Notes: generated by a model not told the origin, from the letters alone. Numbered from the stretch's first letter, positions 51,268 to 61,002 are shown. The stretch is 64,000 nucleotides of DNA from Terriglobia bacterium (GCA_965206645.1 CBDBKE010000001.1:224001-288000); one strand, 5' to 3'. Translations and numbers: made by a program.

Positions 51268-51305
51268 GCAGGAGGTCGGAGGTTCGAGCCCTCCACCGCT
51301 CACCA
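51264..51305 (+). other. att site: 3' half of a tRNA-Val(TAC)-like gene
   Basis: ACAA GCAGG AGGTC GGAGG-TTCGAGC-CCTCC ACCGCTC ACCA, next to the integrase 3' end. Arm-like repeats AACTGT(A/C)AA at 51361-51380. Confidence 0.85.
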
Positions 51306-51390
51306 TTTAACTTACTTGTTTTCATCACCCGTCTGCCTTGCCTCTCGTTGCCGAAGACGGAACTGTAAAGAAACTGTCAAAAAACTGGCT

Positions 51391-52563
51391 CTAGATGGCC
51401 AGCGCTGTAAAGGAACTCGCGCCGTGCTCGTTCGCCTGTCGGTCGAGCTTGGACAGCGCTTCCCGCATCATGTTGAGCTTCGCGTGGCTGTAGCGCTTGA
51501 ACACCTGCGAATCGCCTTGTCGGAGCATCTGCGTCACGAAATGATCCGCCACGCCCCCGGCGCTGAGCCGGGTCGCAAACGTGTGGCGCAGCTCGTATAG
51601 CGAAAAATGCGGCAGCCCGGCGCGCTGGAGCGTCCGGTTCCACAGCTTTTGCACCGTCGTGATGTGCGGCTTGCTCAAGTCCATCCGCGAGCTCGGGAAC
51701 AGGTAGTCGGAATCGCCGCTCTGCTTCATCTGTGAGGCGAACGCTTGACGGGCTCTGTCGGTCATCGGCATGTCCGCGATACCATTCACCGTCTTGGAAT
51801 CCGGCAGATGCACGATCCCGTTCTCCAGATCGACCTGTCCCTTTCGCATCGGGATCAACTCCCGATAGGGCCGCAGCCCCATCTCCACCATGATCGCGAT
51901 GATGTTGCGCAGGTACAGGGGCGCGCAGGCTTCCAGCCAGGCCTGCTTCGAGGCGGTCAGATAGTGCGGCTTGCGCGTCGTGCCCGCCAACGCCACCGGA
52001 AACTCCACCCCATTACAGGGATTGACCGCCAGCCGCCGCTTCTTCACCGCCACGTTCAGGATACGTCTCAGGACGCGAAACTCCTGATGCACGGTGGCAG
52101 GTTTGAGCCTGCCGCGAAGTTGCAGCCCCAACTTGGTATGCACCCGCTTGCCTGTATTCAATCTGGTCATCAGGTACGATTCGATATCTTCCGGTGTGAT
52201 GTCCGATAGTCTGTTCTTGCCGAACCGGGGCCTCAGGAACTTCAACGCGCCGAGGTTCTGCACGTGAGTCTTCTCGCTCCGGAAGGGTGGTTTGGATCGG
52301 TTCTCAAGGAACCAGTCCGCCCACTCGTTGAACCTGATCTCCCCGCCCGGCGCGGCGCTCGGCAGCAACCCCTCGTCGCGAGCCACCAACCGTTTGCGCA
52401 TCACCTTCTCGGCTTCCCCTTTTTCTCTCTGCCCTGTCGAGGTCTGTCTCCACCTCCCGTTCTGCTCTCGATAGCTCATCCACCAGACGCGTGAATTGCA
52501 CCGCAGGTACAGGCTACCAGCGGTATTTCTGGGTCTACCTGTCTTGTTCATCGATTCCTCCAT
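51391..52563 (-). CDS. Tyrosine integrase
   Basis: MGLRP, DSKT, YELRHTFATR and KRYS motifs; N-terminal arm-binding-like domain. Confidence 0.93.
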   Translation of the reverse strand: MEESMNKTGRPRNTAGSLYLRCNSRVWWMSYREQNGRWRQTSTGQREKGEAEKVMRKRLVARDEGLLPSAAPGGEIRFNEWADWFLENRSKPPFRSEKTHVQNLGALKFLRPRFGKNRLSDITPEDIESYLMTRLNTGKRVHTKLGLQLRGRLKPATVHQEFRVLRRILNVAVKKRRLAVNPCNGVEFPVALAGTTRKPHYLTASKQAWLEACAPLYLRNIIAIMVEMGLRPYRELIPMRKGQVDLENGIVHLPDSKTVNGIADMPMTDRARQAFASQMKQSGDSDYLFPSSRMDLSKPHITTVQKLWNRTLQRAGLPHFSLYELRHTFATRLSAGGVADHFVTQMLRQGDSQVFKRYSHAKLNMMREALSKLDRQANEHGASSFTALAI

Positions 52564-52753
52564 TCACATGAAATTGCTGGCGCCACTCGGCTAGCTCCGA
52601 CAATCGGAAGCGGATCGAGCGGCCCATCATGCGGTAATGGGGAATCTGCTTTCGCTCGACGTAAGCATACACCAGCGAGGGGCTGACGCCCAGGAAGCGG
52701 GCGGCGGCCTTCACCGTGATCGGGGCTTCCCTCGCTTCTGTGTCCAGGCTCAT
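52535..52753 (-). CDS. Excisionase-like HTH_17 protein
   Basis: TVKAAARFLGVSPSLVY...IP..R.GRSIRF. Confidence 0.88.
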   Translation of the reverse strand: MSLDTEAREAPITVKAAARFLGVSPSLVYAYVERKQIPHYRMMGRSIRFRLSELAEWRQQFHVNGGIDEQDR

Positions 52754-52968
52754 CCTTCCTCCTCTACTCTCCACGCCGGACCGAGCGCTCCGTCAGATCC
52801 ACCTTCCGCCCCGGATCGGCGAGTCCGGCGGCTTGCGTCTTCGGGAAAGACGCCGTACTCCTGGGCGATCCAGGCCGGGACTTCCAGCGTCTCGTCACCG
52901 TCCCGGCCGAGCTCCAGGGCGAAGTCCCTGATGGTATTCACCCGTATGATTTTTTCTTCATCCCTCAT
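52750..52968 (-). CDS. Small hypothetical protein
   Basis: Overlaps both neighbours in the operon. Confidence 0.55.
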   Translation of the reverse strand: MRDEEKIIRVNTIRDFALELGRDGDETLEVPAWIAQEYGVFPEDASRRTRRSGAEGGSDGALGPAWRVEEEG

Positions 52969-53923
52969 TGTGTTCCCTCCAGATCGGCTTGATGATCCAG
53001 TGGTTCTGTGGCGCGTCGTAGCCCTGGACGAGCAGCGCTTCCTCCACGAAGCGGCGTCCCTCTCGCCGTGTCATGTGAATCACCATGGCGATGCCGTCCA
53101 CCACGCCCCGGCAGGTCACCTCCCAGGGAAGCTCACCGCCGCCCTGCATGGCGCAACTGGCGATGCGCGACAAGGCCGACTCGGCGTTGTTGGCGTGTAC
53201 GGTGGTGAGGGAGCCGCCGTGTCCGGTGTTGAGGGCTTGCAATAGATCAGCGGCCTCGCCGCCCCGGACCTCGCCCACCACGATGTGATCCGGGCGGTGA
53301 CGCAAGGCGTGGCGGACTAAATCACGGATCGTCACCGCTCCGGTTGCCAGTCCGCGAGCCTCGAAGCGGACGCAATTAGAGCGCTCAATGCGAAGCTCAA
53401 GGGTGTCCTCGATGGCGACGATGCGCTCGTCGTTGGGAAGCAATTCAATAAGTGCGTTAAGCAGGGTGGTCTTGCCCGATCCAGTGCCGCCTGAAACCAG
53501 GATGTTTCGCCGGGAGCGCAACACCCGCTCGGCTTCCGCTCGCACGTCTTCGGGGAGTGCGCCTTGCTTCACGAGATCATCCGCCGAGAACGCCCGCTTG
53601 CCAAAGCGCCGCATGGTGATCGCCACTTGAGGACTCGCGGGCGGAACACAGATGGCAACCCGCGAGCCGTCGTCCAGGCGCGCATCGACAATCGGCGAGC
53701 TCGCCGGATCCAAGCCCAAAGGACGGGCAATGTGGATGGCCGCCCGCAATAGGGCCGATTCGTCCAGGTCCGGCGCGTCATGTGCCGTCAACCGCCCGGC
53801 CCGCTCGACCCAGACATTGCCGGGGCCGTTAATCATGATCTCGCTGACTTCGGAATCTTCCAGGGCGCTTTCCAATCCCGGTAGAAATGGTTTCAGGTGT
53901 TCCAGTCCACTCGCGGTGCTCAT
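52958..53923 (-). CDS. CpaF/VirB11-family secretion ATPase
   Basis: SEIMING, GGTGSGKTT, IEDTLEL, LRHRPD.IVVGEVRG and NTGH..TTVH motifs. Confidence 0.93.
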   Translation of the reverse strand: MSTASGLEHLKPFLPGLESALEDSEVSEIMINGPGNVWVERAGRLTAHDAPDLDESALLRAAIHIARPLGLDPASSPIVDARLDDGSRVAICVPPASPQVAITMRRFGKRAFSADDLVKQGALPEDVRAEAERVLRSRRNILVSGGTGSGKTTLLNALIELLPNDERIVAIEDTLELRIERSNCVRFEARGLATGAVTIRDLVRHALRHRPDHIVVGEVRGGEAADLLQALNTGHGGSLTTVHANNAESALSRIASCAMQGGGELPWEVTCRGVVDGIAMVIHMTRREGRRFVEEALLVQGYDAPQNHWIIKPIWREHNEG

Positions 53924-56049
53924 AATTGACCCGCCGCTTTCGCTCTCCAATACGAATGTGCGAGGGGCAGATAGTGAGGCTTGAGGTAGACCCGGCGCGG
54001 TTCAATCGACTGCGACCCGTCATAGGGCAGACAGATCGCTTGACAGTTCGAGAGCAGCGTGAAGTCTCGCGGGTGAAACACGGCCTCGCGTTGCTCCCGG
54101 AAAGACTTGGTCGCGCCGATGCTGCCCCCGCCTCCACCGGCGCGGCCCGACAGCGGGGAGACTTCCGCCCGCTTGGAGGTCTCGCTGATGGTGTAGGATC
54201 CCTTGATCTTCGCCACCTGCCCGCACATTTCGCTTGCAATCTTGGCGCTGGCGTCGTCGCTGAGAGACAGGAAAATCCGTGTGCGGAGCGTCTGCAACAG
54301 CGACCGCCATGCTTCCGAGCTTCCCAACACGGAGCGGAGCGAGGAAATGGATTGCGTGGCGACAATCGGGATGCAGCGGCATTGCCGGGTCAGCGCAAAG
54401 GATTTCTCATCGCCCGATGGATCGTCCTCACCCACCGAAGCGAAGGCTTGATATTCGTCACAGATAAAGACGGCAGGCCGGAAATAGACCCCCGGCGACT
54501 CCTTCATCTTGGTCGGGCGCATGAGAAGCGCCTGTAGCCAGGCGTTCTTGAGCATCACGCCCACGGCGCGGGCCAGCGCCGGGTTCGATCCGGCGGGCAT
54601 GTTCAAGGCCAGCACCTTGCCCCTTTCGATCAATTCATAGAGCGGGGGCAGGTGTCGCGGCCCGGCGATTCGTTCCTCTTCGACCGGCGGGATCGACGTG
54701 GGCGCGGGTTTGTCTCCTTCCCCGCCGTCCGGCTTCTTGTTCAGTTCCTGGGCTTCTTCCCCGGCCCGCTTCGCGGCCCTGGCCTGAACTGCAATGGCTT
54801 GCGGATCGTCGGGGACTTCCGGCGGCCCCGGACAAAACACCTTTGCCACATCCGGCATATCGAACATGGCAAGGAACACCGAAACCCCCTCCACAATCGA
54901 GGACTTCACTTTGTTGTCCAGCGTTTGCCAGTCGTTGACAAACCAGCGCTTCACCGCCTCCACTCGTTCTCTCACTTCGTCGCCGGGTCCGGGGTCCCAA
55001 ACCACCCGGTAGGTCAGCTTGAGCTCGTCCAGTTTGTTGAGCATGGGACGGGAGTAGGCGGCCCGCACTTCTTCCGTTCCCGGTATGTCTTTCCATAGCC
55101 ATTCAGCCAAGGTCATGATGTGGGCTTGGTATACGACCTCTGGAATGAAAACCGTGCCTCTGTTCAACTCGTCGCTCCACGCTTCGGCTTGCTCGATCTT
55201 GGCAGCGAAAAGGTCCGGGTCGATGGCGCAGCGGTAGACCTGCTGCAACGTCACCCACCGTTCCGGGAAGATTCGGTGAAGCTCAATGATCCAGCGGACC
55301 AGATTGGTATAGGCTTGCTGCCAGAACGGTTCCTTGCCCTTGCCGAATAGCTGGTTGAGAAGGCTCGAAACGGTGTAGGCCAGCGAGTAGGAATCGAGCC
55401 ACCAGGCCGAGAGCGGGTTCCATTGCCAGCGGTCCTTCATGCCAAGCTCGATGTAGTCTTTTCCCCGGCCTGCCTCGGTCAGGATTTGGCGGATGTCGTG
55501 ACAGAAATCTCCCTTGACTTCGAGCATGAGCGCTGCCGCCCGCATCTGTGGATTCGCCGCTTGCCAGCCGAGAAGTTGCTTAGCGAAGGGGTGCATACAA
55601 GCCGAGGTCTTGCCGGACCCGACGGCCCCGAAGATCGCCACGCCGGTATACAGCCCGCGCTCCGGGATGGTGAGCCAGGAGGGATTGAAAATCTCCCGCG
55701 CCTCGACCGGATGATGGACCTCCCCGATGACGATGGCCGGGGCCGTTTGCCGGGGTGAAAGCGGCCAGGTCGGGAGCGCCCCAAAGGGCGCAAAATCCCG
55801 CCGCCGCGATTCCAGCCAGACCTTCCAGACGGACAAGAGAACGAGGCCCGCGAGCATGACGGCGAAGAAAGGCGAAGCGTAGTACCAGAGCATCACCCAG
55901 CCGTAGAAGTTCGGGGTGTGGTAGTCCATCAGATCGAGCAAGGGACTATCCCCAAGCATGGGGAAGGGACGGTGGACAAAGCTCCACAGGGCGTACCCCA
56001 GCGCGCCGAAAAACAGAAGGATGTGAGGAATGAAGCGCCTCCATTTCAT
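53920..56049 (-). CDS. Type IV coupling protein (TraD/VirD4-like)
   Basis: Two N-terminal TM helices; GAVGSGKT, FICDEYQ and VATQSISSL motifs. Confidence 0.88.
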   Translation of the reverse strand: MKWRRFIPHILLFFGALGYALWSFVHRPFPMLGDSPLLDLMDYHTPNFYGWVMLWYYASPFFAVMLAGLVLLSVWKVWLESRRRDFAPFGALPTWPLSPRQTAPAIVIGEVHHPVEAREIFNPSWLTIPERGLYTGVAIFGAVGSGKTSACMHPFAKQLLGWQAANPQMRAAALMLEVKGDFCHDIRQILTEAGRGKDYIELGMKDRWQWNPLSAWWLDSYSLAYTVSSLLNQLFGKGKEPFWQQAYTNLVRWIIELHRIFPERWVTLQQVYRCAIDPDLFAAKIEQAEAWSDELNRGTVFIPEVVYQAHIMTLAEWLWKDIPGTEEVRAAYSRPMLNKLDELKLTYRVVWDPGPGDEVRERVEAVKRWFVNDWQTLDNKVKSSIVEGVSVFLAMFDMPDVAKVFCPGPPEVPDDPQAIAVQARAAKRAGEEAQELNKKPDGGEGDKPAPTSIPPVEEERIAGPRHLPPLYELIERGKVLALNMPAGSNPALARAVGVMLKNAWLQALLMRPTKMKESPGVYFRPAVFICDEYQAFASVGEDDPSGDEKSFALTRQCRCIPIVATQSISSLRSVLGSSEAWRSLLQTLRTRIFLSLSDDASAKIASEMCGQVAKIKGSYTISETSKRAEVSPLSGRAGGGGGSIGATKSFREQREAVFHPRDFTLLSNCQAICLPYDGSQSIEPRRVYLKPHYLPLAHSYWRAKAAGQL

Positions 56050-56115
56050 GGGTCCGTCTGCCTTCCGTCAGCGCCCCCGCTGGGGGCTGCTCCGAGCCTT
56101 CCCGCAGGGATCAAT

Positions 56116-56219
56116 GAGGACGATAGCGACCCCATGGGGCAGCGATAGGGGCATGTGACACAGTGCCTCTATCGGGGCCACATGACCCCCCGGTTTTCGG
56201 GGGGGTCGCTATCGTCCTC
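56116..56219. repeat. 18-bp perfect inverted repeat enclosing nested hairpins
   Basis: GAGGACGATAGCGACCCC (56116-56133) and GGGGTCGCTATCGTCCTC (56202-56219). Confidence 0.85.
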
Positions 56220-56387
56220 CCCGATTCTGCTCCTTCGGCGCAGCGGAGGCCGAGTGACAAGGGAGAGCCACAGAAGAATGAGAGAGATACGGAAATATGG
56301 AGTTGGGACACCCTTTGTCGAAATCGTGTGACATCCCCCCCTCTGTGACTGTCACATTTAACACGCGGCCCCCAGTCACACGAAAAA

Positions 56388-57505
56388 GGGCGTTGGTGCA
56401 TGAATCGTCCTCGGCTCCCCCGCTAGCATTGGCTCGGTGTTCCGATCCATCATGGAGATCAAGGGGGGCAACGTCATGGCCGCAGGGAAGTCGAGCCGAG
56501 TCAACCGCAAGTACAAGACGAAATGCAGAATCTGGAACTGGAGGGAGTACGAGCGGGGCCTCAGGAGCCGCGGCGACGTCACGATCTGGCTGAGCGAGGA
56601 GGCGATCGCCGCGTGGACACCGGCGAAGAACGGTCTCCGCGGAGGCCAGCGGCGGTACTCGAACCTCGCGATCTTGACCGCGTTGACGCTGCGGGTCGTC
56701 TTCCACCTGCCGCTTCGCCAGACCGAGGGTTTCCTAGACTCGCTGCTCAGCTTGATGGGCCTCGACCTCAAGGCCCCGGACCACACCACACTCTCGCGCC
56801 GGAACCAAATCGTTGAGGTGCCGCCTCTAACCCGAGCCCACGACGGCCCGATCCACTTGATCGTCGATTCCACGGGGCTCAAGATCCTGGGTTGCGGCGA
56901 ATGGAATTCGCACAAGTACAAGGCATCCAAGAAACGCCGGGACTGGCGAAAGCTGCACATCGGAGTGGATGACGAGGGGTTCATTGTGGCGGCCGAACTC
57001 ACGACGAGCAGCGGGGACGACGCCTCCGCCCTGCCGGATCTGCTCGACCAGATCGAGGCTCCCATCCGGCGTTTCACGGCGGACGGGGCCTACGACAACA
57101 GGGCGATCTACGATCGGGTCGGCGCGGCCGGTACAGAGGACGTCGTGATCGTGATCCCCCCTCGTCGCTGTGCGGTGTCCGCGGGGCCCACGGACGGCCC
57201 GTGGGCGCAACGAGAAGCGGCTCTTCAGAGAGTTCGTAAGATCGGACGACGAGAGTGGCAGAAGGAGTTGGGCTACCGACAGCAGGCGCGCGTTGAGAAC
57301 TGGTTCTTCCGATACAAGTCAGTGCTCGGAGGAAGCCTGAAGGCGAGGAACAGCAACGCGCAAAGGAAAGAGACCACGATCGGGTGTCACATCCTCAACC
57401 GGATGGCCGAGCTCGGCAGGCCGAAGTCCTACGCCGTGGTGTCATGAACGAGGGGTTGGGAAAACGGCCTGACTCGCGCCAAGGTTGAATCGTGCAACAG
57501 CGCCC
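56388..57505 (+). mobile_element. IS5-family (IS903-like) element
   Basis: IRs GGGCGTTGGTGCATGAATC and GAATCGTGCAACAGCGCCC; no TSD. Confidence 0.9.
56476..57447 (+). CDS. IS5-family transposase
   Basis: NWREYE.GL..RG, PDHTTLSRR, DSTGLK, WRKLH and ADGAYD motifs. Confidence 0.92.
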   Translation: MAAGKSSRVNRKYKTKCRIWNWREYERGLRSRGDVTIWLSEEAIAAWTPAKNGLRGGQRRYSNLAILTALTLRVVFHLPLRQTEGFLDSLLSLMGLDLKAPDHTTLSRRNQIVEVPPLTRAHDGPIHLIVDSTGLKILGCGEWNSHKYKASKKRRDWRKLHIGVDDEGFIVAAELTTSSGDDASALPDLLDQIEAPIRRFTADGAYDNRAIYDRVGAAGTEDVVIVIPPRRCAVSAGPTDGPWAQREAALQRVRKIGRREWQKELGYRQQARVENWFFRYKSVLGGSLKARNSNAQRKETTIGCHILNRMAELGRPKSYAVVS

Positions 57506-57791
57506 CGAGGCGGCGCTAAAAACTTGGAGCAGCCGGGCGGGTGAGCAGAGCAGTCAACGGGAATATGGACCGAGCCGAAACGACCCGGAAGTGCAGGAGG
57601 AAATCAAGTACATCGAGACCGCGCTTAACAATGCGGACACAAGGATCATAGCGAAGTACGGAGGGGTCGAGGAAATCTCGGACAGGCTGATGGAACTGAA
57701 AGACCTTCCCAAGTCGAGCGGCCCCGGAGCCACCATCGACGACTACGAGACGTGGGTTTCTGACCGCTTGAGGGCGGAGGAAACAGTCTAG
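57506..57791 (+). pseudogene. C-terminal fragment of an unknown gene cut by IS5
   Basis: Protein-like frame from the IS end to TAG 57791. Confidence 0.4.
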
Positions 57792-58005
57792 TGAACCGTA
57801 CTGATAGAACCTCAGATTTCAGGCGTTCCGGAGTCAAGGCCGGGGTCCAGGCCTTGCCGGACCATCGTGCCACAAATATAAGGGGGGGTATGGGGCATAA
57901 ATCGGCTGGGTGGTGTTCCACCGCCATTTTCCTTACTTTGTTGTACCACAGTAGCTTAGACGCTACTACCAAGCCAGACCGTGCCGATACAGAGGAAAAG
58001 GGAAA

Positions 58006-58124
58006 GACGGAAGCGACCCCCCCCTTTTTGCCGCTCTAGCGGCAAACATGGCGGGGGTTTGGGGCAGGGTTTGTTACAGGGTTTGGGGCATACCCTGCCC
58101 CCCCTTATGGGGGTCGCTTCCGTC
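58006..58124. repeat. 16-bp perfect inverted repeat enclosing 12-bp iteron-like repeats
   Basis: GACGGAAGCGACCCCC and GGGGGTCGCTTCCGTC flank GGGGGTTTGGGG CAGGGTTTGTTA CAGGGTTTGGGG. Confidence 0.85.
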
Positions 58125-58225
58125 CAAATTGTCCCTGCGGGAAGGCTCGGATAAAGGCCCATGCGCAGCAACGGATACGCGCCGGAGAGAGGCCGGATGA
58201 AATGGTGTCATCCGGTTGGTTCTGG

Positions 58226-58265
58226 TTGCTTTTCCAAGGAAGTTAGACTAGTTTTATGTCTAGTC
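58226..58265 (+). promoter_or_regulatory. Putative vapBC promoter/operator
   Basis: TTGCTT-17-TAGTTT overlapped by the palindrome GACTAG-N8-CTAGTC. Confidence 0.45.
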
Positions 58266-58290
58266 ATTCTTTTGGCGGAGGTAACGCTGC

Positions 58291-58551
58291 ATGAGCAAGA
58301 CATGGCAGGTGCAAGATGCCAAGGCGCGTTTCAGCGAGTTGCTTGAGACGAGTTTGGCCGAAGGCCCCCAGATCGTGACCAAACGGGGCGTGGAGACGGC
58401 CGTGCTGTTACCCATCGACGAGTGGCGACGATTGGAGAAGCGGGCTAGGCCGGATCTCAAGCAACTACTGCTCGCTCCAGAGGCTCGCACGGATGCGCTG
58501 ACGCCGCCACGGCCGCAGCATCGCCACCGCGTGTCTCCGAGCTTCGATTAA
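58291..58551 (+). CDS. Phd/YefM family antitoxin
   Basis: WQVQDAKARFSEL...GPQIVTKRG. Confidence 0.92.
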   Translation: MSKTWQVQDAKARFSELLETSLAEGPQIVTKRGVETAVLLPIDEWRRLEKRARPDLKQLLLAPEARTDALTPPRPQHRHRVSPSFD

Positions 58552-58555
58552 ATCC

Positions 58556-58978
58556 GTGTACCTGCTCGACACCAATGTCGTATCGGAACTGCGCCGTCCT
58601 CATCCGCATCCAACCGTCGTCCGGTGGATTGAAGAAGTGGCCGCCGATGAACTGTTCCTGTCCGCGGTGACGGTCGGGGAGATCCAAGCAGGCATCGAAC
58701 TCACCCGCGAGCAGGATGTCGCCAAGGCGGAGGAACTGGAAACATGGCTCAGCGCGGTGCTGGCCTCCTATAACGTCCTCCCCATGAACGCAACCACATT
58801 CCGGGAATGGGCGAGGCTCAAGCATCGCCGTTCAGACACTCTGCTGGAGGACGCCATGATCGCCGCGACGGCCGTGGTGCATCGGCTGACGATCGTGACC
58901 CGGAACGTGCGCGATTTTGACCAGCTCGGGGTAGATCTCCTGAATCCATTCGAACACGAATCCGACGTGCGGCGGTAA
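58556..58978 (+). CDS. vapC: VapC PIN-domain toxin
   Basis: [18 protein letters not shown] and VTRNVRDF motifs. Confidence 0.93.
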   Translation: MYLLDTNVVSELRRPHPHPTVVRWIEEVAADELFLSAVTVGEIQAGIELTREQDVAKAEELETWLSAVLASYNVLPMNATTFREWARLKHRRSDTLLEDAMIAATAVVHRLTIVTRNVRDFDQLGVDLLNPFEHESDVRR

Positions 58979-58997
58979 GCTGGAGGAATCACAACCT

Positions 58998-60617
58998 ATG
59001 GCGAGCCGGACACCCCCTAAGACGCGCACCCGCTCGGAAATGACTCCGCAGAGCACAGGTGCCACGACCGGCTATGAGGCCGAGCTTTGGCAGATGGCCG
59101 ACACCCTGCGCGGCTCGATGGACGCGGCCGAATACAAGCATGTCGTTCTCGGCCTGATTTTCCTGAAGTACATCTCCGATGCCTTCGAGGAGAGGCACGC
59201 CCGTCTCGAAGGCGAGAAGAAACAAGGCGCCGACCCGGAGGACCCGGACGAGTATCGCGCCGAGAACATCTTCTGGGTGCCGCCCGAGGCTCGATGGACG
59301 CATCTCAAAGCACAGGCAAAGCAACCCACCATCGGCCAGCTCATTGACGACGCCATGACCGGGATCGAGCGCGACAACCCGGCGCTCAACAACGTGCTGC
59401 CCAAGGACTACGCCCGCCCGGCGCTGGACAAACAGCGGCTTGGCCAGATCATCGATCTGATCAGCAACATCAGGGTCGGCGACGAGGAGGCCCGCTCCAA
59501 GGACGTGCTCGGCCGCGTCTACGAATATTTCCTGTCACAGTTCGCCAGCGCCGAGGGCAAGAAGGGTGGCGAGTTCTATACCCCGCGCTGTGTGGTCAAG
59601 CTGCTGGTCGAGATGCTGGAGCCCTATCGGGGCCGGGTCTACGATCCCTGCTGCGGATCGTCCGGCATGTTCGTACAATCGGTCGAGTTCATCCGCGCGC
59701 ACGCCACCGGCAACGGCAACGCTGGAAAAGCGCCCAAGGGCACCAAGGCCGACATCTCGATCTACGGGCAGGAGTCCAACTACACGACCTGGCGGCTGGC
59801 GAAGATGAACCTCGCCATCCGTGGCATCGACGGGCAGATCGCCCACGGCGACACGTTCCACAACGACCGCCACCCCGACCTCAAGGCCGATTTCATCCTG
59901 GCCAACCCACCCTTTAACGTCTCCGATTGGGGCGGCGAGCGGCTCACCGACGACAAGCGCTGGCAATACGGCGCCCCTCCCAAGGGCAACGCCAACTTCG
60001 CCTGGGTGCAGCATATGGTGCACCACTTGGCACCGGGCGGCACGGCCGGCTGCGTGCTCGCCAACGGCTCGATGTCGTCGGGCCAGTCGGGTGAGGGCCA
60101 GATCAGAAAAACCCTCATCGAGGCGGACCAGGTGGACTGCATGGTAGCGCTGCCGGGCCAGCTCTTCTATTCCACCCAGATTCCCGCCTGCCTGTGGTTC
60201 CTCGCCCGTGACAGGCGCAATGGCAAGCTCCGCGACCGGCGCGGCGAAGTGCTGTTCATAGACACCCGCAAGCTGGGCCGCATGGTGGACCGCACCCACC
60301 GTGAGCTGACGAATGAAGACATCGCCCGCATCACCGATACCTACCATGCCTGGCGTGGTGAGAAAGGCGCGTGTGAGTACGCCGACGTGCCCGGTTTCTG
60401 CAAGTCGGCGACATTGGAGGAGGTACGCAAGCACGGCCACGTGCTCACGCCCGGCCGCTACGTCGGTGCGGAAGCACAAGAGGACGACGGCGAGCCCTTC
60501 GCGGACAAGATGAAGCGGCTGGTTGCCGAACTGCGCCAGCAGCAGACCGAGGCCGGGAAGCTGGACGCCGCCATCAAGGCAAATCTCAAGAGCCTGGGGT
60601 TTGGGAACAGTCCGTGA
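58998..60617 (+). CDS. hsdM: Type I RM methyltransferase subunit
   Basis: [25 protein letters not shown] and NPPF motifs. Confidence 0.96.
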   Translation: MASRTPPKTRTRSEMTPQSTGATTGYEAELWQMADTLRGSMDAAEYKHVVLGLIFLKYISDAFEERHARLEGEKKQGADPEDPDEYRAENIFWVPPEARWTHLKAQAKQPTIGQLIDDAMTGIERDNPALNNVLPKDYARPALDKQRLGQIIDLISNIRVGDEEARSKDVLGRVYEYFLSQFASAEGKKGGEFYTPRCVVKLLVEMLEPYRGRVYDPCCGSSGMFVQSVEFIRAHATGNGNAGKAPKGTKADISIYGQESNYTTWRLAKMNLAIRGIDGQIAHGDTFHNDRHPDLKADFILANPPFNVSDWGGERLTDDKRWQYGAPPKGNANFAWVQHMVHHLAPGGTAGCVLANGSMSSGQSGEGQIRKTLIEADQVDCMVALPGQLFYSTQIPACLWFLARDRRNGKLRDRRGEVLFIDTRKLGRMVDRTHRELTNEDIARITDTYHAWRGEKGACEYADVPGFCKSATLEEVRKHGHVLTPGRYVGAEAQEDDGEPFADKMKRLVAELRQQQTEAGKLDAAIKANLKSLGFGNSP

Positions 60618-60661
60618 CCTGCCGCGATGACAAGGTCTTCTTTTCTTACGCCGCGTGACGC

Positions 60662-60691
60662 TTGACGTCTATCGTCAACAATCGCTACACT
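60662..60691 (+). promoter_or_regulatory. higBA promoter with palindromic operator
   Basis: TTGACG-18-TACACT; palindrome TTGACG-tctat-CGTCAA; ATG lies 9 nt after the -10. Confidence 0.65.
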
Positions 60692-60700
60692 GGCGTTAGC

Positions 60701-60982
60701 ATGATTCTCGGATACCGGGACAAGAGAACCGAACTGTTCGCCGGTGGAGCTTTCGTCGCAGCATTCCAGGGATTTGAAAGGCAGGCAACGAAGCGGCTTT
60801 CAATCCTGAACGCGGCGCCATTGCTGGACACTTTGAGGGCCTTGCCAAGCAATCGCCTGGAAGCTCTCAGAGGCGAGAGAGAAGGACAGTACTCCATCCG
60901 GATCAACCGGCAATGGCGTATCAGCTTCACTTGGAGCGACGGTCCGGGGCCGACCGACGTTGAGATTGTGGACTATCACTAA
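60701..60982 (+). CDS. higB: HigB (RelE-like) toxin
   Basis: PSNRLEALRG.REGQYSIRINRQWRI and EIVDYH motifs. Confidence 0.92.
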   Translation: MILGYRDKRTELFAGGAFVAAFQGFERQATKRLSILNAAPLLDTLRALPSNRLEALRGEREGQYSIRINRQWRISFTWSDGPGPTDVEIVDYH

Positions 60983-61002
60983 AAGCGAGGAGGACGGGAG
61001 GC

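Noticed and set aside
50792-51328. 178-aa ORF as a novel protein
   Set aside because: It is a transposase tail read through from antisense tRNA-fragment sequence.
52958-53923. Tad pilus locus
   Set aside because: No tadB/C, flp or rcpA nearby; the context is a coupling protein and an integrase.
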